NCBI RefSeq assembly: GCF_001194135.2
Contig: NC_068987.1
Location: 45,284,802-45,322,285 of the forward strand
Origin: Octopus bimaculoides
Lineage: Eukaryota
Direction of reading: 5' to 3'
Length of the DNA stretch: 37,484 bases
Shown piece by piece: positions 10,845 to 23,239 of this stretch. How positions within the stretch are numbered: the first letter of the stretch is position 1; each line of letters opens with the position of its first letter. Below the pieces are notes generated by a model, which worked only from the letters and a program-made list of their open reading frames with translations, had not been told where the DNA came from and ran no database searches. A program made the translations under genes and the position numbers.

Positions 10845-12141
10845 TATTGGGTTGGCAACTAAATTCCCACCGTTTTTTTAAATTTTGCAATTTATTGCGT
10901 TTTTAAATTTTGGAATCTATTTGTTTCAAGAATTCTATTTTTTGATCATTTTGGAATTTATTTTGCTTTTTTCTAGTTAATTTTAGTTAATTTTTGTTTT
11001 ATTTTCAGATTGTTAAAATGGAATGTCAAGTTAAGAAAAACGAGCATTTTCAACACCTCCTTCATTTTGCGTTTAATCAAGGTTCTAAGGTCGCAAAAGC
11101 TCCTCGCGACATTTGTGCTGTGTATGGAGAGGGTACTATAGCTGAAAGAACCGCTCGTGATTGATATGCCAAGTTCAAAATTGGAAATTTTGGCCTCAAA
11201 GGCAAACCTCGTTCTGGCCGTCCAGTTGAGTTTGATGAAGAGCGATTAAACCAATTTTTGCACGGAAATTCTCGTCAAACGACAAGGGAACTGGCAGAGA
11301 AAATGGAATGCTCCCACACTACTATAGAAAAGCATCTTCACTCGATGGGAAAGGTTCAGAAGAATGGACCATGGGTTCTGCATGCTTTAAGTGACAACAA
11401 CAAAAATCAACAAGCCACAATCTCCGCTGGTTTGCTTGCTCATCACCGCTCAACTCATGGACACAAGCAACGATTTCTTTACTGAATCGTTACTGGCGAC
11501 GAAAAATGGTGCCTGTACATCAATATGAAGCAGCGTAAGGAATGGCTTATCCCCGGTAAACAAGCGACACAACGTGTGAAACAAGATCTTCATCCGCATA
11601 AAACGATGTTGTGCGTATGGTGGGACTGGGAAGGGATTATTCATTATGAATTGCTTGAATGGAATCAAACGGTCAACACGGAACTCTATGTTCAACAGAT
11701 GGAACAACTCAACATGGCTATTCAAGAAAAAAGACCTAATCGTCAGCATGGAGTTCTGCTGCTGCACGACAACGCCCGCCCTCATATCGCCAATATGACC
11801 AAAGAAGTCATTCAAGTGCATGGCTGGGAAGTGCTGCTACACCCGCCGTACTCTCTTGATTTGGTACCAATGGATTTCCACCGCATTCAATCTTTTTCAA
11901 ATGCTATGCGCGGAGTTTCGTTCAATACTGATGCAGAATTGAGAGCTTGGTTGGATCAATTTTTTGAGTCGAAATTGAGTGATTTCTACCAATGAGGTAT
12001 TGAAAATCTTGTTGAACGTTGGGAAGAAGTTGTAAACAACAAGGGTGAATACATTATTGATTAATTAATTGTTATTTTTATTAAACCTTTTAAAAAATTT
12101 AGATTTTAAAAAACGGTGGGAACTTAGTTGCCAACCCAATA
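10845..12141 (+). mobile_element. Near-intact DD34D mariner, mellifera-subfamily-like
   Basis: 34-bp TIRs tattgggttggcaactaaattcccaccgtttttt and aaaaaacggtgggaacttagttgccaacccaata (1 mismatch), TA flanks, about 1.3 kb. Confidence 0.95.
11018..12064 (+). pseudogene. Mariner transposase pseudogene (348 codons, 3 in-frame stops, no frameshift)
   Basis: One frame from MECQVKKNEHF to NKGEYIID*. Stops at 11162, 11483 and 11993. WVLHAL, TGDEKW, HDNARPH and YSLDLVPMD give a D-34-D spacing. Confidence 0.92.
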
Positions 12142-12249
12142 TATAAACAAGTTCTTTTCCCTTCAGTCAGGAGTACTTTTTCCTTCAGCCACTATCAACA
12201 TTTAGGGTAAACACTTGTGTGCTCAGTATGCTGCTGTACTCTGTCTCTA

Positions 12250-12256
12250 AATGCTT

Positions 12257-12287
<31 letters not shown>

Positions 12288-12321
12288 CTCTCTCTCCCTT
12301 CCTCTCTCTCTCTCTCTCTGT

Positions 12322-12350
<29 letters not shown>
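12250..12350. repeat. (CT)n/(CA)n compound microsatellite
   Basis: Directly visible. Confidence 0.95.
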
Positions 12351-12353
<3 letters not shown>

Positions 12354-13142
12354 CATATATAATCACTGGAAAAATTTGTAAAACTTTCCAGAAGTTTATC
12401 GTTTAAGTATATATGAGCATGTCTAGACATGAAACCATACATAATACATCCATAAAACAAAACATACAAAAATACCTTGTTGAAGTTCAAATTCCAATGA
12501 AGGAGCCTTGGATCTAGGTTAGAAACTGGCTCTCTAAATTGGCAAAAAATCTTGAAATAAAACTGAATAATGACATACATACATACATACATGCATACAG
12601 CCAGCCAGCAGGTTTAATACTGCATGTTTCCATCCACCAAGCTAATTTGTTAGATATTGGTTGATTCTTGCCAGAAGAAAACACCTGACACAGTGAGACA
12701 GAACCCAAAAACTTGGCTGCAACGCAAGCCTCTTAGCTACATCACCATGCCTGTGCCTAATGATAATGTGTCAGCTTTGGCATGTCTTCTGCAGCTGGAT
12801 GTCCACCTGAACACCAACCATTTTACAGTGTGCTTTTTTGTGACTCTGGCACTAGTGAGGTCATCAAAGTAACTTACAAGACAGAGAAAAGAAAAGAAAG
12901 GAAAAAGAAAAAGCCCTCTCAACTGAGTGTAAGTGTATCTGAGAGGAGGGGAGGTAGCTTTATGCCAGGTGTTGAAGGCTAAAGTATGATAGAGGTACAA
13001 GCATTGGTATTTTGCTATAGAGAAGAAACATGGCTACCCTATATTATATTATATGGGTTGAGTAGATGGAAGGAAGATGAACAGAGTGGTGATGAGGGGC
13101 CAGACATACTCTCAAGGTACAAGAAGATGGGTATAAGGGACT

Positions 13143-13487
13143 ATTGTTGTTGTTGGCACTCCATTGCTTACGACGTTGAGGGTTCCAGTTGATCCGATCA
13201 ATGAAACAGCCTGCTCGTGAAATTAACGTGCAAGTGGCTGAGCACTCCACAGACACATGTACTCTTAACGTAGTTCTCGGGGATATTCAGCGTGACACAG
13301 TGTGACAAGGCTGACCCTTTGAATTACAGGCACAACAGACACAGGAAGTAAGAGTGAGAGAAAGTTGTGGTGAAAGAGTACAGCAGGGTTCGCCACCATC
13401 CCCTGCCGGAACCTCGTGGGGCTTTAGGTGTTTTCGCTCAATAAACACTCACAACGCCCAGTCTGGGAATCGAAACTGCGATCCTAT
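13143..13487 (-). mobile_element. tRNA-derived SINE family D with (AAC)n tail; head cut by the gap
   Basis: Reverse strand begins aggatcgcagtttcgattcccagac (B-box-like) and ends in aacaacaac. CpG-rich, so probably young. Confidence 0.65.
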
Positions 13488-14069
13488 NNNNNNNNNNNNN
13501 NNNNNNNNNNNNNNNNNNNNNNNNNNNNNNNNNNNNNNNNNNNNNNNNNNNNNNNNNNNNNNNNNNNNNNNNNNNNNNNNNNNNNNNNNNNNNNNNNNNN
13601 NNNNNNNNNNNNNNNNNNNNNNNNNNNNNNNNNNNNNNNNNNNNNNNNNNNNNNNNNNNNNNNNNNNNNNNNNNNNNNNNNNNNNNNNNNNNNNNNNNNN
13701 NNNNNNNNNNNNNNNNNNNNNNNNNNNNNNNNNNNNNNNNNNNNNNNNNNNNNNNNNNNNNNNNNNNNNNNNNNNNNNNNNNNNNNNNNNNNNNNNNNNN
13801 NNNNNNNNNNNNNNNNNNNNNNNNNNNNNNNNNNNNNNNNNNNNNNNNNNNNNNNNNNNNNNNNNNNNNNNNNNNNNNNNNNNNNNNNNNNNNNNNNNNN
13901 NNNNNNNNNNNNNNNNNNNNNNNNNNNNNNNNNNNNNNNNNNNNNNNNNNNNNNNNNNNNNNNNNNNNNNNNNNNNNNNNNNNNNNNNNNNNNNNNNNNN
14001 NNNNNNNNNNNNNNNNNNNNNNNNNNNNNNNNNNNNNNNNNNNNNNNNNNNNNNNNNNNNNNNNNNNNN

Positions 14070-14121
<52 letters not shown>

Positions 14122-14725
14122 ACTTGAAAATTAACAATATTTAGAAACTGACTATATTTGTTTGTGAATGTATTGGAAATATATTTGTTTATTAATTAAG
14201 TGCAACAGGTGGGAACATTTGTCAGAGATAGTAATGTCTGAGGCCCTCACATTCCACCCTCATTTCTAATTTTGACACCATTTGTGCCTGCTCAACCACC
14301 TGATGAAAAGCCTCTGCATAGTCACAAGATCTATTAGAAATACCAGTGAAATCACTATCACATCGTGCCCCATTGTCTTAGAAACAGACTCATCGGTTTA
14401 ATGTGTTTCTGCATGTTCTGTCTTGGGAAAAGACAGGTCATGACAGCTGGAAATTTCTGCTTATAGTTCTTTGTTTACAAGGATAACCTGGAGTTAAATG
14501 ATGACTCAAACCTGCTGTGGACTAATATTTTTCCATGTTTGTCATCAAAGACCTCATGGTGCATAGATGCAATAACAGTTCAAAGTAAATTGTTTCTTCA
14601 GAGTATTTGTCATCTCTTACCAAAAGTAAATGCAATGGGGAAAGTGAAAGAAGTTTCCTGGAGGAAGACAGTGAAAATGGTATCCTCAAAGAAGCAAATA
14701 CTGGTACAATACTAATTCCCTAGTA

Positions 14726-14938
14726 AGGTGGCAAGCTGGCAGAAACATTAGTATGCTGGGCAAAATGCTTAGTGATATTTCTACTGTTTTTATGTTCTGA
14801 GTTCAAATTCCACCGAAGTCGATTTTGCTTTTCATCCTTTTGGTGTCGATAGATTAAGTACCGGTTGCATACTGGGGTCGATCTAATTGACTGGCGACCT
14901 CTCCCAAAATTTCAGGCTTTGTGCCTAGAGTAGAAAAG
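14726..14938 (+). mobile_element. tRNA-derived SINE family B with TSD
   Basis: aaggtggcaagctggcagaa...gagttcaaattcc (B box)...ttttgcttttcatccttttggtgtcgatagattaagtacc. Flanked by aatactaattccctagta (14708-14725) and aatactaattttctagta (14939-14956), 16/18 identical. Confidence 0.85.
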
Positions 14939-15019
14939 AATACTAATTTTCTAGTACCTTTGATTCCAAAGTCTTGCCAGATTAACCATTTTGTTGGATC
15001 ATCAGCAGTCGCTTACAAA

Positions 15020-15623
15020 TAATTCATCACTTTCAGCCAGATACAACCCATGCAATGGACACATCCTTCCTCATCTGCTCCAAAGAAGGCCAAAGTTATT
15101 TCATATGCAAGACCTCAATTTTTGGGATGCAAAATGTATTGTGTTTATTGACCAGTTTCAATGGAGGATTCTATGCCATCAATGGAGGATACTATGCTAA
15201 CTTACTGAGGCAGTTATGAAAGGCTATCAAGACTAAACTTCCAGGAAAACTGACAAAAGTTTCCATCAGGACAATGCTGCAGCACACGGTTTCAATGGTT
15301 GCTTTGCGTGACTATGGCTTTGAACTGGTTGATCCCCCTCCCTATTCTCCTAATTTGGCTCTATCTGACTATCATCTGTTCCCCAACATGAAAAAAACAT
15401 TTGGCTGGGAACCAGTATCACAGTAATGATGATGTCATATCTACTGTTGATGAGTTTTTTGACTAACAGTATGAAAGCGTCTTCACCAGTGAAATCCAAG
15501 CACTGCAACACTGATAGAAGAAGTATGTGAATGATGAGGGATTATGTTGAAAAGTAAATCTCATTTGGTCACATTCCATGAGAGTATCTTTGCCAGTCTA
15601 TGAACTTTTCAGCTGATCCTCTT
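15020..15623 (+). mobile_element. 3' half of a mariner, irritans-subfamily-like
   Basis: MQWTHPSSSAPKKAKVIS, FWDAKCIVFID, HQDNAAAH, PPYSPNLALSDYHLFPNMKK; right end tatgaacttttcagctgatcctctta. Confidence 0.8.
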
Positions 15624-16499
15624 AACGCAACAAGTTAGTTCAAGTAGTGACACTGTTTCACTTTCTGCATAATTCCATTGTTCAACTGACGTTGTTTATA
15701 CAATGGAAAAGGCAAGAACAGCAAAGTATCTTTGATTCCCTCTAAAAGTATGGGAGATTTGTGGCCCAATTGACAGAAATTAATATTCTAGAGAACTCTG
15801 TGCCTGAGTGTGTTTGTAAATCTTTTTCTGAGTTTTGAACCATCTCACTCAGATTCCCCAGTTTAGGATCACAGCCTAATTATATTGCTATAACATGATT
15901 TGACCAGTCAAATAATCTAGTGTATAACAAAATAAGCAGTAGACTTGAAAGTAAGTTGCATGAATTTTCCTGCTGTAGTCCTGCTGAAGGTTCTAGAAGC
16001 TTAACTGTTATAAAAAGTTGGGATTTTGAACTCCCAAACGGAATAACTTTAGGTGCTACACAGAACTCTGCTGGTCATTTTTGTGATAAAGTGTTCTCTC
16101 ACTCTTTCTATTTATTCTACCTTTAATAACCATGAATGATCTCCATATAAATAAATGAAATATCTTGTTGCAATGAAGATTCTTAACTATCACATTTGCG
16201 ATCTCCTGTATGGTGTTTTATTCAAATGATTGTTAACTATGATTTAACAATCAAAACCATTAAATTGCTAATACCAACATGCCTATTAGCTAAAAATTAA
16301 TTACTACACCCTCCCAATGAATACAGTCTCTACCCACAAAAACTGGTCACCTCCTACAAGTGCTAGAACTGAAAGGAAATAACAACCCTTTGATCACAGA
16401 AGCAACTTTTCTATAAACTAACAGACAACAGCACAATGTTGGTTCTGTGTGGCTTCCATACATCCTAAGATTTGGTTGTTTCAGTAAATAACTATTGAT

Positions 16500-16790
16500 T
16501 ATCCTATCCTGAATAAGTTTTCATTATCTTTCCAATGGTGTGCTCATAAGTTCATAATTAATGTTTTCCCAAATCCAAATAGCATCCTGTGATGCACCCT
16601 TCCCAGGCTTGCACCATTCAAACCACAGCCACTTTGAGGCAAATTTTGCTACTTCCACATCTAATCTGATGGCCTTCTGCCTACTGGCCCCTGTGATGCC
16701 AAGCATGCTGTAAGCCCTGTAGAAGAACAGGGCTTACACCCACTGGCATAACCCTACTAGATCAGTATACTTCTTCCTCTTGCTTTTGTT
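16500..16790 (-). mobile_element. Hero-like retrotransposon 3' end (C-terminus of the RLE region)
   Basis: KKYTDLVGYC...YRAYSMLGITGASRQKAIRLDVEVAKFASKWLW, resembling the LGI.G..RR.AI...A..AS.WLW terminus of Hero/R2-type ORFs. Confidence 0.55.
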
Positions 16791-16888
16791 AGTTTCCTCG
16801 ATGTGGCCCTCCTAGGGAACAGGGGACTGGAATATTGGAAATATTAGAAATATTAGAAAACTTATCACAATGATTCTAGCCAGAAATA

Positions 16889-18111
16889 TTAGGTGGTTTC
16901 ACATGAAGTGTCACATTTTTAATTACTTGTTATTTCAGTCATTTAAAAACTCAATCATGTATGCCTTGCATTTAACTTTGACTCTTTTTCTTTCCCAACA
17001 ATATTGGTATACAAAATTCGTACCCACAGACCTTATGAAAATGATGACAACTAAATTATGTTGAATGATTTTCTCATATGAGTACAAACTGGATCACTCT
17101 GCTGCAGAAGCTCTACGGAATATCAAGCAGGCCTTTGGTAACGGTTTTGTTGACATCAGAACTGTTCAGAGATGGTTCCAAAGCTCTCGTTCAGGAGATG
17201 ATAGCCTTGAAAATAAACCAAGGGGTAGACCAAAATCAGTTATTCGGCATGATGGATTAAATGTTTTGGTTGAACAAAATCAGAATGAAGGTTTGAAAAC
17301 TTTCATCAGAACTCCAAACATCTCGCACAACTGTTCTTGAACACCTGTAAAAAATTGGAAAAGCCGCATCAACTGAACGAGATTAAAAAAACACAGACAC
17401 CTTGAAGTGTGCTCCTTATTGCTTTCTCAACTGGAAAAAGACCATTTTTGCAACAAATCATTACTTGTGATGAGAAATGGATACTCTTTGACAACAGCAG
17501 GAGAACAAGGCAGTGATTAGATGCGGGAATGTCACTTAAACACTACCCAAACCCACCATTGCACCCTAAAAAGTTAGTGGCCACTGTATGATGGTCTGCA
17601 AAGTTATTCATTATTCATTTTTGCAACAAAGAAAAACGCTAACAACAACATCATATTGCCAGGAAATTGATTGTATGCATGAACATTTGAAAAAGAAGCA
17701 ACCCAGACTAGTAAATAGAGATGGCTCAATTTTGCTCCACGACAATGCACATCCTCACATTCCTCAAGCTACGGTCCAAAAGTTGCAAAGCCTGAATTAT
17801 GAGATTTTGCAGCATCCTCCCTATTCCCCTGATATCTCTCCTACTGATTATCACTTATTTAAGCATTTTTGAGCTTTTCATAAGCAATAAAACATTCTTA
17901 AATAGAGAAGAGGTAATTGAAGCATTCAGACAGTTTATCACAACAAAAGATGAATTTTTTTAAAGAATGGAATATATGACAAGGGGAAATGTTGAGTAGA
18001 CAACATAAATGCGTATGGATCATACTTTGATTAAATAAATCAGTTCTCTAACACTTCTGAAATATTTTATTGTTACCTTTCAAATATGACATTTCATGTG
18101 AAACAACCTAA
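16889..18111 (+). mobile_element. Full-length decayed mariner, cecropia/Hsmar1-like
   Basis: TIRs ttaggtggtttcacatgaagtgtcacat and atatgacatttcatgtgaaacaacctaa (3 mismatches), TA on both sides. IFSYEYKLDHSAAEALRNIKQAFG..TVQRWF, ITCDEKW, HDNAHPH..PPYSPDISPTDYHLF; frameshifted. Confidence 0.9.
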
Positions 18112-18251
18112 TATAAATTTTAAGTTAGAGAAATATTACAAAATACAAAACAAATTATTAGAGATATTCTACTAAGTAAACCTAATAATAATGTGTTACT
18201 GGTATTTGGGGTTAAAACTGTAAAACAACATATTATGTAACATACCATAAG

Positions 18252-18750
18252 CAGAGGTGGGCACTGTTAATCAAAAAGTTAACTTTGTTAATCATTAATC
18301 CAATCAACCAAAACGTTAACTTTGTTGATCGTTAATCCATTAATTCTTTGAAAATACAGAAGTTAACATTAATCCGTAAACGTTAACTTTTGTTGAAAAA
18401 AGGTATAACTACAGTTTAACACCCTAGTGACTTTTTTGCTTCATAACTTCCAGAAAAATGGATACTTTTAAATGAAACTTTCACCAAATAATTGTTTATA
18501 TCCTATAGATTGAGTGTGTGTAAAGATTTGTGGGAAAAATTTTCTGAGGGATTGGGGAGAGGAGTTTCAGAAAATTCATGGGACCTGACATTTCCCCCTT
18601 CATAACTTTCTGGAAAATAGGTATTTTTAATGAAATTTTATACAAATACCTTTCAAACAGTGTAGATTACGATTACAAAGAAATTTATTGGCAAAAGTTT
18701 TGGAAGGGGGAAGGGGAAGGAGTTTCTGGAAAATAGAATTTCAGATCAGA
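18252..18750. repeat. Probable DNA-transposon-derived segment with internal repeats
   Basis: cagaggtgggcactgtt start, clustered gttaac/aacgtt palindromes (18266-18420), imperfect 159-bp duplication starting cttcataac at 18439 and 18598. Confidence 0.4.
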
Positions 18751-20179
18751 CGGACCACATAAGTTGGAATTTCTCCGTTTTGAAGGGGATTTTTTCTAAT
18801 GTTTTTCATCAAAAGATTTTGAAAAATTTCTTTGTTCCCGCACCCCTTCACCACCCTAATCCAAAACAATTTTGGCCATTTTTTTTTTTCCAGTACACAC
18901 TTAAAACCTGTGAGAGAAACATTTTTGGTTTAAAAAAAAATTGTTAATGTGCAATTTAAGGGAGATCTGGGTGTTGTTTCTAGCACATCCCAAAACGACT
19001 CTCCTTGTTCCTTTCTCACTCACACATCTATTGATATTTTTCAGTATTTTTCTCCTCATAAACAAATTTTATGGAATGATGATGTCAAAGTAACTCACGT
19101 GTAGTCCCAACAGGGCGAAGCTGTGTTATGTATATGTGTAAGAAAAAGACACTTAAAAACATCTTTAGTGTTCATATTAATCTGTCAAATATAGTGGTTA
19201 TTTATTCACATTATTTTGAATTGTTCAGGTTCAAGAGGGGTGTCCACAATATTTGCTAGTAACTTTGTAAATTTTTTACATACAAATTTCAAATTTTGTC
19301 AGTGGGTGCTTTATATGCCACTGGTTTATAGTTATAATTTTAGCTGATCTTGCTGAGTAAATTTGACTGTTATAGGCAGGTAAATTTAATTAACAGGTGT
19401 AAAAGCAATAATATTATGGATAAACACTAAAATTGAAATTCTTAATGCATCTTACCGGTTTGATTTTTTACTAAAATTATCCCAGATGGCAACCGACAAA
19501 AAATTTGATTAAAATACACGCATAATTGACACAAGATTTTATCCTTTCGGCAAATATTTTGCACCTCGGTGTGGAATAATTTTTTTCCAGTTTCTTTCAA
19601 ATGCATTCAACGTATCTGACCGCCAACCCCCTGCAAACCACTTTTTTCTGGAAAAGAAAGGTGTAAGAGGTGATGGGGACCTCAAAGTTTCCCACCAAGG
19701 GAGTTTTGTTTCGTGGGTCTTTTTTCTTTTCCAGATTATTTAGCATGCTTTCAATGAATGTGACATCGAAATCACGCATAAATGGCTCCTTTTTCCAGAA
19801 AAGTAAACGTTTGGCTGCTATTCCTAGCATGCTCTTCTACCACGTAACAGCTATTTGCACTTGCACCAAAATAGTTACCAACTTTTTTTCTTCCATTTAT
19901 TTTTTTCCACTTTATGGAAGTCAATATTTTCTCTGTTGACATTCACCTCAGTTAATTTTGCTTTTCTCCCAGTTCTATGCTTTCTGGAAGAAGAGCCCTC
20001 ACATATCTCAAAGCTATGCGAATTCACTAATGTGATTTGTTTATTTTTTGAAAAGATTTCGTAGAGGAATTAGATACAATGGATTTTGGCCAGTTTAAAC
20101 ACTAAAGGGTTAAAAAGTTGCCAAAACTATAAAATCGGCTTTTTTGTGGGCTTTAGAACCCAAAAACTATAGTTTTTTT

Positions 20180-20405
20180 TCTTTTTACAGTTGAATGCCC
20201 TTCCAAATACCAACCATTTTATAGTGTGGACTGGATGCTTTTTAAGTGGCACCTGACAGAGTCACCAAGTAACTTGCAAGACGAAAGTCTTTTGAGAGGG
20301 GAGGGGGCATTGGAGGAGGTGATCTAGTGTCAGATGATGAAAGGTTATAGTAAGACAGAGAGACAGAAACAGGTGTCTTGCTGTAGAGGAGGTACAAGGT
20401 TACCA

Positions 20406-20448
<43 letters not shown>

Positions 20449-20467
20449 GATAGAGAGAGAGAGAGAA

Positions 20468-20504
<37 letters not shown>

Positions 20505-20600
20505 GAGAGAGAGAGAGAGATCAGGAATGAGGACAGAAACGGGTGTGCTGTCATAAAGGAGATACATGGTTACCCAACCTGAAGGAAGAGCATGAAAAAG
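20180..20600 (-). repeat. RTE 3'-UTR-like remnant containing a (GA)n/(GACA)n microsatellite
   Basis: gaatgcccttccaaataccaacc...gtggcacc resembles the RTE tail; microsatellite at 20408-20520. Confidence 0.55.
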
Positions 20601-20810
20601 AGAGAGAGTGGAAGACAGCAGGATAGAGATGGTCTCAAAGTGCCAAGCATACTCACAAGGGACTGGTATCAAAATATAAGTGGGATGGTTGAGTAAAGGA
20701 AGAGAGAAATACAAATGGTGGCAAGTGCCAGGACATATCCTTGAGGTTTGAAGGTCATAAGTGGCAGGACATTAACTAGAGATCTATACAAATCAAATTT
20801 ATATATATAA

Positions 20811-21130
20811 AAGATGGAGGTGGAAATAGCACAGAATAAGCCTAAGACATTTCAATTTAAGAGGGAATTTAATACATGAATTTAAAATTTATATAAAGAA
20901 AATATTACCGGTTTCAATGAATCTCATCAAATATCAGTAAAAATGTATAAAAATTAGCAGATAACTTTTATTTTTAACTTCTAATTTTTATAAATTTTTA
21001 CTGATATTTGATGAGATTCATTGAAACCGGTAATATTTTCTTTATGTAAATTTTAAATTCATTTTTATTAAATTCCCTCTTAAATTGAAATGTCTTAGAC
21101 TTACTTCTGTGCTATTTCCACCTCCATCTT
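20811..21130. mobile_element. Foldback/MITE-like element, about 150-bp inverted arms in a TA tract
   Basis: 20811-20957 is the reverse complement of 20981-21130 with about 4 substitutions and 2 small indels; 23-nt spacer; (TA)n on both flanks. Confidence 0.9.
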
Positions 21131-21434
21131 ATATATATATATATATATATATATTTACACACACACATATATGCATACAGAAAGACAGGTATATCTTGTA
21201 GTAGTAGTAGTTCTAGTCCATCGCCAAACCAAAGGTATTCATGTTGTGACCATCAATTTTTTATTTTATATTTTTAGCAAATATTTGTACATTAGTGTAT
21301 CTAGGAAAAATTTCCTAACATTTCCTTTTTAAGACAAATGTATGTGATCTGAGAAAAGATTTCGCTGTTATCTCTAGCAGGTCTAGTGGCTGTCTAGGAA
21401 CTTCTCTCATCAATTTGTATCACTGTTGTTGTTG

Positions 21435-21466
<32 letters not shown>

Positions 21467-21854
21467 GGTGTTATTTTGAAAATATGCATTAAACATTTCA
21501 TTTAAAGCTTCGAATTAAGTATATGTATGTTTGTACTGTGTATGTGTCTTGCATGTGTCTGCATTTAATTACATCACTTGTGTGTGTGTGTGTGTGCGTG
21601 CATGTGTGTGTGTATGTGGGTGGGTATTGTGTGTAAGTGCACCAGAAATTGTGTCATAATGACAAAATAGACATAATTAAGTATATAACCATTAAAGAGG
21701 AGAAAGAGTACACATTTTTGTTGTAGAACATGAATATATTTAATAAATTGACAGGATATATTATATAATAATATAATTACATAATAATTAAAAGTTCTTC
21801 ATCAATGAAAATCATTTAAAATATCATTTTACACATCCTGTCCTATGTGACTGT

Positions 21855-22117
21855 AGGTGTAATATGGCCAAATGGTTAAGAAATTCTTTTTTTGCAATCA
21901 TGAGGCTGCAAGTTCAATTCCCAGCATGGTATCTTGGGTAAATTTCATTTTCTATAATCTTGGCCCATCATTGTAAGTGTTGGCTGTATGGTTATGAAGT
22001 TTGCTTCCCAACTGCATGTCATTGTATGGCATCTTAGGCAAACATTTTCTATCATAACACTGAGTTGCTCAAAGCCTTGTGAACAGATTTAGTAGACAGA
22101 GACTGAAAGATGCCAGC
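21855..22117 (+). mobile_element. Two adjacent decayed SINE heads (family E-like, then family A)
   Basis: tggccaaatgg (A-box-like) ...agttcaattccc (B box), followed by tggctgtatggttatgaagtttgcttcccaac...gactgaaaga. Confidence 0.6.
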
Positions 22118-22120
22118 TAT

Positions 22121-22353
22121 CATCATTGTCATCGTCGTTGTCATTGTCATCATCATCATCACTACCTTTTTATGTCTATTTTCCATGCATTCATTGTTTG
22201 GGTGGTTTGGATAGTTTGATAGTATCCAGCAAGCCACAGAGCTGCAAGGAACTTTGAAGTCAGCTTTGGCATGATTTCTATGGTTGGATGTCCTTCTTAG
22301 TGTCAACCACTTTACAGAGTTGTATCGGGTGCTGTTTTTCTGGCCACTGGCAC

Positions 22354-22386
<33 letters not shown>

Positions 22387-22400
22387 TGTATGTATGTATG

Positions 22401-22433
<33 letters not shown>

Positions 22434-22755
22434 GTGTATGTATGTATGTATGTATGTATCTATGTGTGTGTGTGTGTGTGTGCACGTGCATGTGTGCATG
22501 CATGTGTGTGTGTGTGTCTGTGCATCAGTGGATGTATGTTTGTTTGTCCTTGTCTTTACATCATGTGAGTGTCAAACAGTCATTCATTTGCAATATTCTG
22601 CAAAAATATGTCTAGCCACGAGGAAATATTATCTTGCTTGGAAACAAGTGAGGGTTGGTGACAAGACGGTCATCCAGCTATAAAATATCTGCTTCAGTAA
22701 ACTCCATCTGACCCATACAAACATGGAAACATGGATGTTAAAATGATGATGCTGA
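22121..22755. repeat. Decayed RTE tails (- at 22121-22352, + at 22620-22755) around a (TATG)n/(TG)n tract
   Basis: (CAT)n tail with ggatgtccttcttagtgtcaaccac; gtcatccagctataaaa...ggatgttaaaatgatgatg. Confidence 0.6.
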
Positions 22756-22839
22756 TGACTGTTGCATGCAGAGACCACATCTATATGCAGTTAGATGAAA
22801 ACCCTTTTCATAAACTATTTCACTTGTTTGAATTTCCCA

Positions 22840-23235
22840 ACTTCATAGACATCTACAATGCATCAGCCTGCTCCATTCTCCTCTATGGAGCAGAAATGGA
22901 GCGTCTCTGGAAAACCCTGGCAAAGAGGATTGATGGATTTGATAGCAGGACTCTGAGAACTATTGAGAATATCAGATGGCACCATCATGTTTCCAACAAA
23001 GAACTGCATGTGCGCATGCATTAGCTCACAGCATCTCACCTCATAGCTATCCATCACATGTGCTGATACATGTCCTCTGTCTCCTGTTTGATCATCCAGC
23101 CAAAGCTTTACTTTCATTTGATACAGCAACTGCGGGCTGGAAGAGGCCTTGTGGCAGGTCCCACACCAGATGGCTGGATGTGATTAAGGAATATCTCCGG
23201 AGGTTCAATATCACCTTGGAGGATGTAGAGGGGCT
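22840..23235 (+). mobile_element. RTE-type LINE ORF2 C-terminal fragment
   Basis: SILLYGAEM...KTLAKRIDGFDSRTLRTIENIRWHHHVSNKEL; GWKRPCGRSHTRWLDVIKE. Confidence 0.7.
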
Positions 23236-23239
23236 GGCA

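Noticed and set aside
13354-14144. Long ORFs spanning N runs (also 4796-5168, 8784-9457)
   Set aside because: Open only because N codons are not stops.
15620-16500. Possible host exons in apparently unique stretches (also 6900-7200, 24660-25190, 33560-34100, 35900-36600)
   Set aside because: No recognisable protein similarity, and no ORF bounded by convincing splice sites on both sides.
18415-20114. piggyBac-like element bounded by ttaacaccctagtg and cactaaagggttaa
   Set aside because: Only the right end is a convincing TTAA-CCC terminus; the ends match poorly and the internal translation gives no clear transposase motif.
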